Shown piece by piece: positions 37,942-49,289 of a stretch of DNA of 64,000 nt. Location: positions 8,673 through 72,672 of the forward strand of contig CAVPPW010000003.1 in NCBI GenBank assembly GCA_963707445.1. Direction: 5' to 3'. The first letter of the stretch is position 1. The number at the start of each line of letters is the position of its first letter. The DNA is from an uncultured beta proteobacterium (GTDB lineage: Bacteria; Pseudomonadota; Gammaproteobacteria; Burkholderiales; Burkholderiaceae_F). Both the position numbers and the translations under genes were made by a program. Below the pieces are notes generated by a model. It did not search any database, was not told the origin of the DNA, and worked only from the letters and a program-made list of their open reading frames with translations.

Positions 37942-40900
37942 ATGAGACGTCGCCCGATCGCAACCCGGTATGCGGTCCTTGTCGCCGCGCTGTTGACCAT
38001 CGCGTTGGTGGTAAGCGGGGCCGTCGAGACATGGGTCTCGCACCGTGATCGGCAGGCAGTGCTCGAAGCGCTGCAACGGGAGAAGGCACAGGCTGCTGCG
38101 GATGCCGTGTCCCGCTTTGTCGCGGATGTTCAACGCAACCTGCAATGGGTGACTCTGGCTGCCCCTTCGGGATCCGCGAGCGAATTGCAACAGCGCCGGC
38201 TGGATTTCCTGAAGCTGCTGCGCCTGGAGCCATCGATCACCACGGCCACGCTGATCGATTCCGGAGGCCGCGAGCGCTTGCGCGTGTCACGGATCAAGAC
38301 CGATCGGGTCGACAGTGGCGCCGACTTGTCGAGTGAAGCGGGTTTCATTGCGGCGCGCACAGGTCGGTGCATTTCGGCGATGTGCATTTCGTCGCCCAGA
38401 CCGAACCCTACTTGACGATCGCCGTGCCGAGCGCGGCGCGCGACGGCTCGGTGGTGCTGGCCGACGTGAACCTCAAGTTCGTCCAGACCGTGGTGTCGCA
38501 AATCAGGGTTGGCACGACCGGGTCATGCCTACGTCGTCGATACCCACGGTCGGCTGGTGTCGCATCCCGACCTCAGCCTCGTACTGAAAATGACGGATTT
38601 GTCGCAGCTGCCTCAGGTTCGTGCCGCAACGATCCCCCAGCAAGCGTTGCAGGGCTTTGTCAGTGATGGCCAGGATCAGACGGGCGCGCCCGTCTTGGCG
38701 GCGTACGCGAAGATCGCTCCTCTTGATTGGGCCGTATTCGTCGAACAGCCGCGCGCCGAAGCAGTTGCACCGCTGTGGGAGTCGATCGGCGCAGCGCGCT
38801 GATCCTTGGCATCGCTTTGGTCGCGGCCATCGCCGCGGGTGTATTCGCTGCTCGCAGCGATGGTCGAACCGATCGGGGCACTGCGCCGCGGCGCGTTGCG
38901 CTTCGGCGCCGGCGATCTCTCGCATCGCATCGAGGTTGCCAGCGGTGACGAACTGGAGGAACTCGCCGCGCAGTTCAATGCGATGGCTGGCCAGTTGCGC
39001 GAAATCTATGCCAACCTCGAGCGGCGGGTGGCTGAGCGCACGCAGCGATTTGAACGAGCGAAACGCCGAGGTCACCGAAGCGCTCGAGCAACAGACCGCG
39101 ATGGCAGAGATTCTGCGGGTGATCAGTGCCTCTCCAACCGATGCCAGACCGGTGTTCGAGACCATCGTTGGCAACACGACCCGACTGTGCGAGGCGAACT
39201 TCGGTGCGGTGTTCCTGCTCGAGCGAGAGCGGCTGTACGCACCAGCGCATGCCGAGACGACGCCGGCCTTTGCCGAATACATCGAGCAGGGATTCCCGGT
39301 GAATCGCGCGACCACGTCGGGCCGGGCCGCGCTCGAACGCAAGCCGGTGCAGATCATCGACGTTCTGACCGATCCGGAATTCGGCGTAACGCCGGCGCAC
39401 CGTGCCGAGGGAGTCCGAACGGTCCTTTCGGTACCGATGCTGAGCAAAGGCGAAGTGATCGGTGTCATCAATGCGTGGCGGCGCGAGGTACGGCCCTTCT
39501 CGGACAAGCAGATCAGGCTGCTCGAAACATTTGCGCGCCAGGCCGTCATCGCGATCGACACCGTGCGGCTGTTCAACGAATTGGAAGCGCGCAACCGAGA
39601 CCTTGCCGAAGCGCTCGAGCAGCAGACGGCAACGGCCGAAGTCCTCAGGGTAATCAGCTCATCACCGACCGAGGCCAGGCCTGTCTTTGAGACCATCGTC
39701 CGCAACGCAGCGCGCCTGTGCAACGCGAATTTCGCCTTTGTCATGCTCAATCACAGGGATGGCTGTCATTGGCGGCCCACACCGACTGCACGGCCGAGTT
39801 CGCGACCTTCCTCGAGCGGGGCTTTCCGGCGGATCGAGGGACGACGAGCGGCCGCGCAGCGATGGAGCGCCGACCGGTGCAGGTGCTTGACTTCCTGAAT
39901 GACACCGATGTTCGCGTCACGCCGGAACATCGAGCCGAGAACATCCGGACGGTCCTCGCGGTGCCGATGCTGCGGGAGCACAGCGTGCGCGGCGTCATCG
40001 CGATCTGGCGGCGTGAAGTTCGTGCGTTCTCGGAAGAGCAGATCAAGCTGCTCGAAACCTTTGCCGATCAGGCCGTTATCGCCGTGGAGAACCTCCGGCT
40101 GTTCAACGAGATCCAGGAAACGAGCCGCCAGCTCGATCTCGCCAACCAGGCGAAGTCCCGATTCCTGGCCGCCGCCAGCCACGATCTGCGCCAGCCGATG
40201 CACGCGCTGTCGCTTTTTGTTGGTCAATTGCGCGCGAGCCGGACGTCCGCGGATCGGGGGGCCTTGGTGCAGCGGATCGAGGAAGCGGTCGGCAGCCTGT
40301 CGGCACTGCTCGACCAGCTGCTCGACCTGTCGAAGCTCGAAGCCGGCGCAGTGCAGGCGGTGCAGGAGGACTTCGCAATCGGGGACACGCTTGCAGCCAT
40401 CGAAACTCAGTTTGCTCCGCTGGCGCGCGCGAAAGGCATCACGCTCCGCGTGCACGCGACGAGCGCGTGGGTGAGCAGCGATCCGCTGCTGGCGCAGCGC
40501 GTGCTGCTCAACCTGGTCGCGAATGCGATTCGCTACACGGAGCGCGGCGGCGTCCTGATCGGTTGCCGGCGCCGTGGCGACCGGCTGCGTATCGCGGTCT
40601 GGGATACCGGCTGCGGCATCCCCGACGACCGACGTGAGGACGTGTTTCGCGAGTTCGTGCAACTGGGCGAGCGGCGGCAGGCGGGCCCGGTGAACGAACG
40701 CAACAGGGGACTTGGGTTGGGCCTTGCAATCGTTTCGCGGCTGGCGGATCTGCTCGGCACGCACGTCGAGCTGGTCTCGAATGTAAGCCGCGGTTCGATG
40801 TTCGCATTCGATCTGCCAATGGGCCAGGCAGACGCAGTGCGCGCGCCGACGGCGGCCGCGCCGCTGCACATCGCGAGCCTGCGTGGCGTCTTCGCGCTAG

Positions 40901-41271
40901 TCGTCGACGACGACGAAGCGGCACGCACCGGCACTTGCGGCCTGCTGCAGAGCTGGGGCTGCCTGACGCTCGCGGCTGCGGGCGGCGACGATGCGATCGC
41001 TCAGTTGGCCGCGCACGATCGGCCGCCCGAACTGATTGTCTGCGACTATCGGCTGGCGAGCGAGGATGGCATCTCGGCGATCGCGCGCATCCGCGCGCAG
41101 ATCGGCGAAACAGTGCCCGCGGTCCTCGTCACTGCGGACACCGCAGCATCGGTGCTGCAGGCCGCCCAGGCAGCAGGCGTTCCGTTGCTGCACAAGCCGG
41201 TTTCGCCGGTGAAGCTCCGGGCGCTCCTGACGCAGCTCCTCGGTTCGCGCGAGGAGAGGCGAGCGGCCTGA
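37942..41271 (+). pseudogene. Hybrid sensor histidine kinase: TM, Cache-like periplasmic domain, TM, HAMP, GAF, GAF, HisKA, HATPase, receiver; about six frame breaks in the first 1.8 kb
   Basis: The pieces are ORFs 37942-, 38367-, 38509-, 38727-, 38806-, 38621- and 39718-41271. The Cache-like part reads HAYVVDTHGRLVSHPDLSLV...PLDWAVFVEQP. The HAMP part reads GDELEELAAQFNAMAGQL. There are two GAF units (TAMAEILRVISASPTDARPVFETIV and TATAEVLRVISSSPTEARPVFETIV). The H-box is SRFLAAASHDLRQPMHAL, the ATPase motif is GLGLGLAIV and the receiver motif is LVVDDDEAAR. The breaks are near 38355, 38500, 38780, 38860, 39045 and 39750. Confidence 0.9.
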
Positions 41272-41280
41272 CGGTGCCGC

Positions 41281-41462
41281 TCAGTCGATCACTTTGTCAA
41301 CCCGCAGCAGGAGTTCCCGCGGCAGGGGCAGTCCAAGGGCGCGCGCGGTAACTGCATTGAGGATCAGTTCGAACCAGGACGAGCGTTCGACCGGACGATC
41401 CGCGGGCTTGGGCATCCTTCAGGATGCGCTCGACGTAGACCGGCAGCGCGCGGCGCCGGACA
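41281..41462 (-). pseudogene. C-terminal remnant (~60 codons, one frame break) of a third PF04392-type receptor gene
   Basis: The minus strand reads ..RRRALPVYVERILKDA / KPADRPVERSSWFELILNAVTARALGLPLPRELLLRVDKVID*. This aligns with ..[57 protein letters not shown] of the 36855 gene. It begins right after the LuxR-type gene stop. Confidence 0.65.
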
Positions 41463-41493
41463 TGACGGCAGCAATGACGAGCGGGTCGGCGCT

Positions 41494-42177
41494 TCATCTG
41501 GAATTGGCGCCGGACCCGCGCTCGGCCGGCAGATGCAGCCCGAGCCGGTTTACCGCGAGCACGGCTTGCGTGCGGCTGGTCACGTTGAGCGCCTTCATAA
41601 TCGCGGTAATCTGGTTCTTCACCGTCGACTCGGCGATGTCGAGTTCGCGGCAGATCAGTTTGTTCGGCTTGCCCTTCATGATTAGTGCGAGGATCTGCGC
41701 CTGCCGCTCGGTGAGTCCGATCTCGGCGGGTGTCCTGCGCCCCACCGCGATCGGGGGCTCGACCAGTGCGTCGGCGGAGCCCAGGCCGAAGATCTCGGGC
41801 GGGATGTAGATGCCGCCGGCAAGCACGAGTTGCAGCGCGTTTCGCAGCACCTCGTTGCTCGACGACTTCGGGATGAAACCGAGCGCGCCATGGTCGAGCG
41901 CGCGCTTCACGTTCTCGCGATCCGAGGTCGCCGAGATCACGACCACGGAGATCGCCGGATGCTTCTCGCGCAGCGACTGCAGGACCGACAGCCCGTGCAT
42001 GCGCGGCAGCGCGAGATCGAGAAGCACAAGGTCGAGGTCGGGCTCGCGCTCGATCGTCTCGAACGCCGCCTTAGGATCGGTTGCCTCGAGCACGGTCATG
42101 TCTGGTCCTAGTCCCGCAAGGACGCGCGCCAGCGCATCGCGGACTAACTCGTGATCGTCGACTATAAGGACCTTCAT
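41494..42177 (-). CDS. NarL/FixJ (LuxR-type HTH) response regulator
   Basis: The receiver reads MKVLIVDDHELVRDAL...LLDLALPRMHG. The HTH reads LTERQAQILALIMKGKPNKLICRELDIAESTVKNQITAIMKAL. Confidence 0.92.
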   Translation of the reverse strand: MKVLIVDDHELVRDALARVLAGLGPDMTVLEATDPKAAFETIEREPDLDLVLLDLALPRMHGLSVLQSLREKHPAISVVVISATSDRENVKRALDHGALGFIPKSSSNEVLRNALQLVLAGGIYIPPEIFGLGSADALVEPPIAVGRRTPAEIGLTERQAQILALIMKGKPNKLICRELDIAESTVKNQITAIMKALNVTSRTQAVLAVNRLGLHLPAERGSGANSR

Positions 42178-42479
42178 CACGCGGTCGGAGTCGCGATCAT
42201 TCGATCACATGGTTCGCGCGCAGCGGAGTCGACTGCGCAATCTCGGGACCGGTCTCGCGTACAGCATTCAAACTGACATCGAGTTCGCATCGGATAATCA
42301 TGCCCGGGTCGCAGAATACCCGCTCCTACCTCTGCGAACAGATCTGCGGCATGAACGCCAGGGTGAGTACCTTAGGGGTCGGCTGTCGTCAACTCGCGCA
42401 GCGCGATCACCTTTGCGAGCCGTGCCGAGAACGGTAACTCGGGACCGAAGGCCGGATCGACGCGGAGACCGCGATCACG

Positions 42480-43198
42480 TTAATGCGCGAAGTGCTGCAT
42501 CAGCGACTGCGCGTACGCCGGCGCGGTCGGCTCGTGCATGAAGTAGACGAAGATCTGCGCGCCAGACGGTCGCTGCGAGGCGCGCCGCCCACTGCCGCAG
42601 GTCGTCGTCCGAATATTCCTCGAGCCGCAGCCGCACGTAGCCCCAGGCGCGGTCGTCACCAGCGGCGGCGGCGCGTTGTCCTCGCGCTCGGACAGGCACA
42701 GCGCCGCGCCGGCGCCTTCGCAGCGCGTCGTAGACGTCGTCGTCGAACCAGGTGTCGTTGCGGAATTCGAACGCGGCGCCGATGCCCGGCGGGCAGCAGC
42801 TGCAGGAACTCGGTCGAGGCGCGGCAGGTCCTTCTTCAGGTTCGGCGGCAGCTGGAACAGCACCGGCCCGCGCTTGGCGCCGAGCGCGGCGAGTTGTCCG
42901 GTAGAGATAGCCGACCGAATCGGCGCGCGTCCTCGGCCTTGAGCCGCGCGATGTGCGTGATGCGGCGCGACGCCTTGATCGCGAAGCGGAAGTGCTCGGG
43001 CGTGGTGGCGGCCCAGTCTCGAGCATCGTCGGTCCTGCGGCATCCGGTAGAAGGTGTTGTTGATCTCGACCGTCGGCAGCCGCTCGGCGTACCACGCGAG
43101 CATGTCCTCGGGCTTGATCTTCTCCGGATAGAAGGTGCCCTTCCACTCCTTGAAGGAATAGCCGCTCGCGCCGGCGAACAGTCTGCGTGCTTGATCAT
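42480..43198 (-). pseudogene. DUF72-family protein with about five frame breaks
   Basis: Fragments across three frames are [101 protein letters not shown] and [24 protein letters not shown]. Confidence 0.8.
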
Positions 43199-43225
43199 GG
43201 CATCGGCTGCTCCTAGAATCGCCGC

Positions 43226-45954
43226 ATGGCCAAAGCCAAGCTCAGCGAATATTCGGCCAAGCGCAGCTTCACGGCCACCCCCGAGCCGCCGCCGGCGGTG
43301 CGCGCCAGCGCGCGGCGGGCCGCTGCTGTTCGTCGTGCAGCAGCACGCCGCGCGCCGGCTGCACTACGACTTCCGCCTCGAGTGCGACGGCGTGCTCAAG
43401 TCGTGGGCGGTGCCGAAGGGCCCGTCGCTCGATCCGGCCGAAAAGCGCCTCGCGGTGCCGACCGAGGACCACCCGTTCGACTACGCCTCGTTCGAAGGCG
43501 TGATCCCGCCGAGGCAGTACGGCGCCGGCGAGGTGATCGTCTGGGACTGCGGCGTCTACTCGCCCGACGAAGGCGGCGCGTACTGGTTCCACGATCGCGC
43601 GCGAGGCCGAGCGCCGAGGTGCGCGAGGGCCTCGCGAAGGGCAAGCTCAGCTTCCTGCTGCGCGGCGAGAAGCTCAAGGGCTCCTTCGCGCTGGTGCGCA
43701 CGAAGGACGGCAAGCAGTGGCTGCTGATCAAGCACAAGGACCGCTTCGTGTCGACCGCCGACGTCACCGACGCAGAACCGCTCGGTGCTGTCCGGCGTGA
43801 CGGTCGAGGACCTGAAGTTCGGTGCCGGCGCACCGCATCCCGCGCGGCGCGGCTCGTCGCCGACGGGCACGATCGAGCCGATGCCGGCGAAGCTGCGCCG
43901 ATGCTCGCCGAGACCGCGCGACGCGCCGTTCAACCGCGCCGACTGGATGTGGGAGCCCAAGCTCGACGGCTATCGCGTGCTCGCGTTCATCGACGAGCGA
44001 CGGCGTGCAGCTGCGCTCGCGGCGCGGCCTCGAGCTCGCCGCCGACATTTCCCGCAGCTCGCCGCGGAGCTCGCGCAGCAGGCCGTCGGACGGCATGATC
44101 CTCGACGGCGAGATCGTCGCGTTCGACGCCGACGGCAAGCCGTCGTTCAACGCGCTGCAGGACCGCGCGCAGCTGAAGACGCGAGCGCGAGATCGCGGCG
44201 GCCGACCGAGCGCGCCGGTCGTCTTCTACTGCTTCGACCTGCTGCACTTCGCCGGCATCGACCTGCGCGACGCGCCGTACGCGGACCGGCGCCGCTATCT
44301 CGCGCAATGCCTGCTGCCGTCGCCGCTGCGTGCAGCTCGTGCACGCGACCGAGGACGGCGTCGCGCTGCACGCCGCCGCGCTCGCGCAGCGGCTTCGAGG
44401 GCGTGGTCGGCAAGCGCAAGGACAGCCGCTACGAGCCGGGCAAGCGCTCGCGGCGCCTGGCTCAAGGTGAAGCCGACGCAAGAGCGCGCGATTTCGTCGA
44501 TCGGCGGCTACACGCAGGGCAAGGGCTCGCGCGCGCCGCTCGGCGCGCTGCTGGTCGGCTACTGGGACGGCGGCAAGCTGCGCTACGCGTCGCACGTCGG
44601 CTCGGGCTTCGACGACGCGCACGCTCGCGCAGGTGCTCAAGGCGCGGCTGCGAGCCGCTGGAGACGAAGACCTGCCCGTTCGCCGAGAAGCCCGAGCTGC
44701 AACGGCCCGACGACCTGGGTCGAGCCCGAGCTCGTCGCCGAGGTGAAGTTCCAGAGCTGGACCGACGGACGGCCGTCTGCGCGCGCCGGTGTTCCTGCGG
44801 CTGCGCGACGACATCGATCCGAAGTCGGTGCGGCGCGCGGAGCCGGCGCGCGGCGCGCGCAGCCGCGCCGGCAGCCGCCGGCGACCGAGTCGACGACAGT
44901 CGTCGCGCAGCTCGCCAGCACGAAGGCGGCGCTCACGCTCGCGGTCGGCGCCGCACCGGATCCAGCTCACGCATCTCGACCGCGTCTACTGGCCGGCGGA
45001 CCCGGCGCTGAAGCAGCCGGCGCTGCACCAAGCGCGACCTGCTGCGCTACCTCGCGCAGGTCTCGCCGCTACATGCTGCCGCATCTCGCCGACCGGCCGC
45101 TGACGATGATCCGCATGCCCGACGGCATCGGCGGCCAGCGGTTCTTCCAGAAGCACTGGGAGCAGGCGCGGCCCGAGTTCGTCGAGACGATCACCGTGTT
45201 CTCGGGCACAAGGACGAGCAGCCACGAGTACCTGCTGTGCAACAACCTGCCGACGCTGCTGTGGCTCGCGCAGTCCGGGCACGCTCGAGTTCCACGTCTG
45301 GCATTCGCGCGCGAAGCTCGGCGCCCGACGCGGCGATCGAAGAGCACCGACTACGCGAGCTCGCTCGAGGCGCTCGAAGCGTCGGTGCTGAACTATCCCG
45401 ACTACGTGCTGTTCGACATCGATCCGTACATCTATTCGGGCAAGGAGGCGAAGGGCGCCGAGCCCGAGCTCAACACGGTGGCGTTCGAGAAGGGCAAGGA
45501 GGTCGCGTTCTGGCTGCGCGAGCTGCTGCAGAGCATGTCGCTCGAGCCGATCGTCAAGACCTCGGGCAAGACCGGGCTGCACGTGTTCGTGCCGATCGAG
45601 CGCACGATCGACTTCGACGCCGCGCGCCAGGTCTCCGAGCTGGTCGGCCGCCACCTGATGCGCCTGCACCCGAAGGACATCACGCATGGAGTGGAGCATG
45701 CCCAAGCGCACCGGCAAGATCTTCATGGACTACAACATGAACGTCCGCGGCAAGACGCTGAACGTCGCGTATTCGCCGCGCGGCGCGCCCGGCGCGCCGG
45801 TGTCGATGCCGCTGACGTGGGACGAGCTGGCAAGCGCCCATCCGCTCGACTTCCGCCTCACCAACGCGGCGCAGCGCCTGGCCGAAACGGGCGATCGCTG
45901 GCGCGACGCGCTGACGCGCAAGCAGAGCCTCGAGCGCGCTCTCGCGCAAGGTGA
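43226..45954 (+). pseudogene. ligD: Multidomain NHEJ ligase LigD (phosphoesterase, ATP-dependent ligase, primase-polymerase) with at least ten frame breaks
   Basis: The PE domain reads [37 protein letters not shown]. The ligase domain reads WMWEPKLDGYRVLAF (KxDG) ... ILDGEIVAFDADGKPSFNALQ ... FEGVVGKRKDSRYEPGKRS. The polymerase domain reads LTMIRMPDGIGGQRFFQKH ... FDIDPY ... KTSGKTGLHVFVPI ... GKIFMDYNMN. The 3' end is at 45954 or 46033. Confidence 0.88.
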
Positions 45955-46005
45955 CGCAGACGCGAAGCGACTACGCACGACCACGAACGATAGCGGGAGG
46001 CAGGC

Positions 46006-46904
46006 ATGGCTGCACGATCGATCGGATCGCTGACCGTCTCCTTCGGGCTGGTGTCGATCCCGGTGAAGCTCTACTCGGCGACCGAGGCGAGCCAGCGCGA
46101 TCTCCTTCAACCTGCTGCACAAGGCCTGCGGCTCGCGCCTGAAGCAGCAGTACCTCTGCCTGAAGGAAGAGATCCCGGTCGCGCGCGAGGACATGGTCAA
46201 GGGCTACGAGTTCGCGAAGGACCAGTACGTGATCTTCACGCCCGAGGAGCTGAAGGCGCTGGAGGAGGCGGGCACGCACATGGCCGAGATCACCGAGTTC
46301 GTGCCGATCGAAGTCGATCGACCCGGTGTACTTCGACAAGGCGTACTACCTCGCGCCCGACAAGGGCGGCGCCAAGCCGTACGCGCTGCTCGCGAGCGCG
46401 CTGCGCGAGTCGGAGCGCTGCGCGCTCGGCCGCTGGGCCGCGCGCGGCAAGCAGTACATCGTGATGATCCGCCCGGTCGACGACGGGCTGGTGATGCAGC
46501 AGCTGCTCTACGCCGACGAGGTGCGGTCGATCAAGGACATCGAGATTCCGAAGACCGACGTCAAGCCGACGCCGAGCTGAAGCTCGCGCAGCAGCTGATC
46601 GAGCAGCAGGCCTCCGAGACGTTCGATCCGGCCGCCTACACGGACGACGTGCGCGCGCGCATCGAGGCCGCGGTGCAGAAGAAGGTCGAAGGCCAGGAGA
46701 TCACGATGGCCGAGGCGCCGGCCGCGCGGCGCGCAGGTCATCGACCTGATGGAAGCGCTGCGCGCGAGCCTGGCCAAGCAGGCGCCGGCGCCGTCGAAGG
46801 CGGCCGCAGCCAAGGCGCCTGCCGAAGCCCGCAAGCCCGCCGAAGCGCGCGCAGCGCGCCGAGGAAGCGCCGCACCCGCACCGCGCAAGGCGGCCAAGCG
46901 GTAG
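46006..46904 (+). pseudogene. ku: Ku protein (NHEJ DNA-end binding) with about five frame breaks
   Basis: ATG at 46006 follows GGGAGG. Supporting text: MAARSIGSLTVSFGLVSIPVKLYSATE, VKGYEFAKDQYVIFTPEELKALE, VYFDKAYYLAPDKGGAKPYALLASAL, GRWAARGKQYIVMIRPVDDGLVMQQLLYADEVR, and a basic tail ending ..PRKAAKR. Confidence 0.88.
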
Positions 46905-46920
46905 GCAAGCCCCGCAGGTG

Positions 46921-47738
46921 ATGCACCCGTACGGCGTGCGCGACGTCGAGAAGCTGCTGCGCCTGCCGCGCAGCACGATCCGCTCGCTGATCGACGCCGG
47001 CTTCGTCATCGCCGGCGCGCGGGCCGCGCAACGCGTGGCGCTTCTCGTTCCAGGACCTGATCGTGCTGCGCACCGCGCAGGCGCTGGCCGAGGCGCAAGG
47101 TGCCGGCGCAAGCGCATCACGCGCTCGATGCGCGAACTGCGCCGGCACCTGCCCGACGCGATGCCGCTGTCCGGGCTTGCGATCTGCGCGGTCGGCGACC
47201 GCGTCGTCGTGCGCGAAGGCGCCAGCCGCTGGCAGGCCGAGTCCGGCCAGTACCTGCTGGCACTCGAAGGCGATCGGCGCGGGTGCGATCGCCATTGTCG
47301 AGCCGCGTTGCGCCCGAACCGACGCTCTCGGCCGCAGAGCTGTGCGAGCAGGCGATGGCGCTCGAAGAATCCGACACGGAGGAGGCGGTGCGCCTGTATG
47401 CGGCGGCGGTCGCTGCCGACGGCCGGCTCGCCGACGCCTACGTCAATCTCGGCCGGCTGCTGCACGAACTGGGCCGCGTCGCCGAAGCCGAGCGCATCTA
47501 TCGCGCCGCGATCGATGCGGGACTCGACGAGCCGCTGCTCTCGTTCAACCTCGGCGTGCTGCTCGAGGACTGTGGCCGCAAGGCCGAAGCGCTGGACTCG
47601 TACGCGTCGGTGCTGCGTGTGAATCCGCGCCACATTGACGCGCTGCATAACGCCGCGCTGCTCGCCGACGAACTGGGCCGCGCGCAGGAGGCGATCCGCT
47701 ACATGGCGCAGTACCGTCGGCTCGGCAGGTCGAAGTAG
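46921..47738 (+). pseudogene. MerR-like HTH + TPR protein with three to four frame breaks
   Basis: The N-terminus reads MHPYGVRDVEKLLRLPRSTIRSLIDAGFV ... FSFQDLIVLRTAQAL. The C-terminal TPR part reads AELCEQAMALEESDTEEAVRLYAAAVAADGRLADAYVNLGRLLHELGRVAEAERIYRAAI ... LRVNPRHIDALHNAALLADELGR. Confidence 0.65.
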
Positions 47739-47760
47739 CCGTTCGGCACCTCCGGGTGCG

Positions 47761-48138
47761 TCAGTGCCCGGACTCGTGCACAAATCGTGCGCGGCATGTG
47801 GTGACCGACCGAGGCACCGGGCCAATTGGCGCAGCAGTCTGCCAGGCCGACTCCACCGCCCGACCGAGCAGGTCGCTGCGCAGTCGTCGCGGCGGCACGA
47901 CGAAGAGTTGAGCGCTGCCGCGCCGGGTTGCGCTGACGAGGATCAGCCCGCGGCCCTTCACGTCGAATCGTTCGCCGGGTCGCAGGATCCAGTCGTCGCG
48001 CATGCCCTCCTGTGTGATCCACAGGTCGCCTCGATACGCGAAGATTGCGCTTCCCTTGGGCAGTCGTAGCGGCGTCGGGCTAGCATCGACTGCCAGCGGC
48101 GCACCGGCTCGGTCTGCAGTGATGATGATGTCGTTCAT
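47761..48138 (-). CDS. DUF2917-like small protein
   Basis: ATG at 48138 follows AGGAGG. Supporting text: MNDIIITADRAGAPLAVDASPTPLRLPKGSAIFAYRGDLWITQEGMRDDWILRPGERF. It is divergent from a LysR gene, which is the usual context. Confidence 0.7.
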   Translation of the reverse strand: MNDIIITADRAGAPLAVDASPTPLRLPKGSAIFAYRGDLWITQEGMRDDWILRPGERFDVKGRGLILVSATRRGSAQLFVVPPRRLRSDLLGRAVESAWQTAAPIGPVPRSVTTCRARFVHESGH

Positions 48139-48231
48139 CGCGTTGACCTCCTGCTGATGTGCGACGAACTGTCGCGCGCCGGCGTGCCCTGGACAAACGA
48201 AATCTCGAAATGCGACGCATGAGTGACCGGA

Positions 48232-49159
48232 ATGCATAGACGGGATCTCCCCGTATCGCTCGATCTGCTGCTCGGTTTCGAGGCCGCGGCACGATCGCTT
48301 TCGTTCACGTCCGCGGCCGCGCGAACTCCATCTGACACAGTCGGCGATCAGCAGGCAGGTGCAGCAGCTCGAGGAGCAGCTGGGCGTGAAGCTGTTCGAA
48401 CGCCGCACGCGCGCGCTGGTGCTGACCGAAGCGGGCGATCGCTACTACCGCGACGTGTCAAAAGCGCTGAACCAGTTGCGCGAGGCGACTGTCGCGATAC
48501 GCGCGCAAACGGCGCCGGTCGTGCGCGTGACGACGACGCTGACCTTCGCCTCGCAGTGGCTCGTGCCACGGCTGGCCTCATTCCAAAAGGAGCATCCGGA
48601 GATCGCGGTGCACGTCGTCGCCGACAACATAGTGCGCGACCTCGAACGAAATTCACTCGACGTTGCGCTGCGCTATTGCCCGGCGGAGGCGGCCGGCCCC
48701 AATGCCGAACGACTTTTCGGTGAGCAGGTAGCGCCGGTCGCCGCGCCCGCCCTTTTAAAAGGGCTGCAAATACGCGGCGTGGAAGACCTGCTGCGGTTGC
48801 CGCTGATCGAATTCGAGGATACGAGCGGCCTGGCACCGTGGCTGTCCTGGAAAGTCTGGTCCGAAGCGATGGGGATCGCCCGACCGCACATGAACAGTGG
48901 ACTTTCGTTCAGTCATTACGACCAGGTCGTGCAGGCCGCCGTCTCGGGACAGGGTGTTGCGCTGGGTCGCTTTCCGCTGCTCGACCCGCTCGTCGCTGAG
49001 CGGCGCCTCGCGCTGCCGCTGAAGGGCCGGCAGTACGCGACGCTCGCGCGTCGCGCCTACTGGCTGGTCACCGCCGCAGCGGCCGCGCAGCGCCCGGAGG
49101 TCGAGACCTTTTGCGCGTGGATGCGCGACCAGGTATCGGCGCAGATCGCGTCAACCTGA
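48232..49159 (+). pseudogene. LysR-family regulator (GcvA-like) with one frame break
   Basis: MHRRDLPVSLDLLLGFEAAARSLSFTSAA (ORF 48223-) joins QVQQLEEQLGVKLFERRTRALVLTEAG (ORF 48359-49159) near 48325. Confidence 0.85.
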
Positions 49160-49289
49160 ACCAAGTCGTACTGACGCGAGGGCGCTGACGCCCGCAACCT
49201 TCGCCGTCACATTCATCGCTGACTGCTGGACACCGACTCCGAATCGGCCTTCGCGCACCGCAGCCTGGCGATGCGGAGGCTGTGCGCCG

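Noticed and set aside
42178-42479. A 300-nt gap between the LuxR-type regulator and DUF72, examined for another gene relic.
   Set aside because: No reading frame gave family-like text that I could recognise. It contains the regulator's promoter region, and nothing more can be supported.
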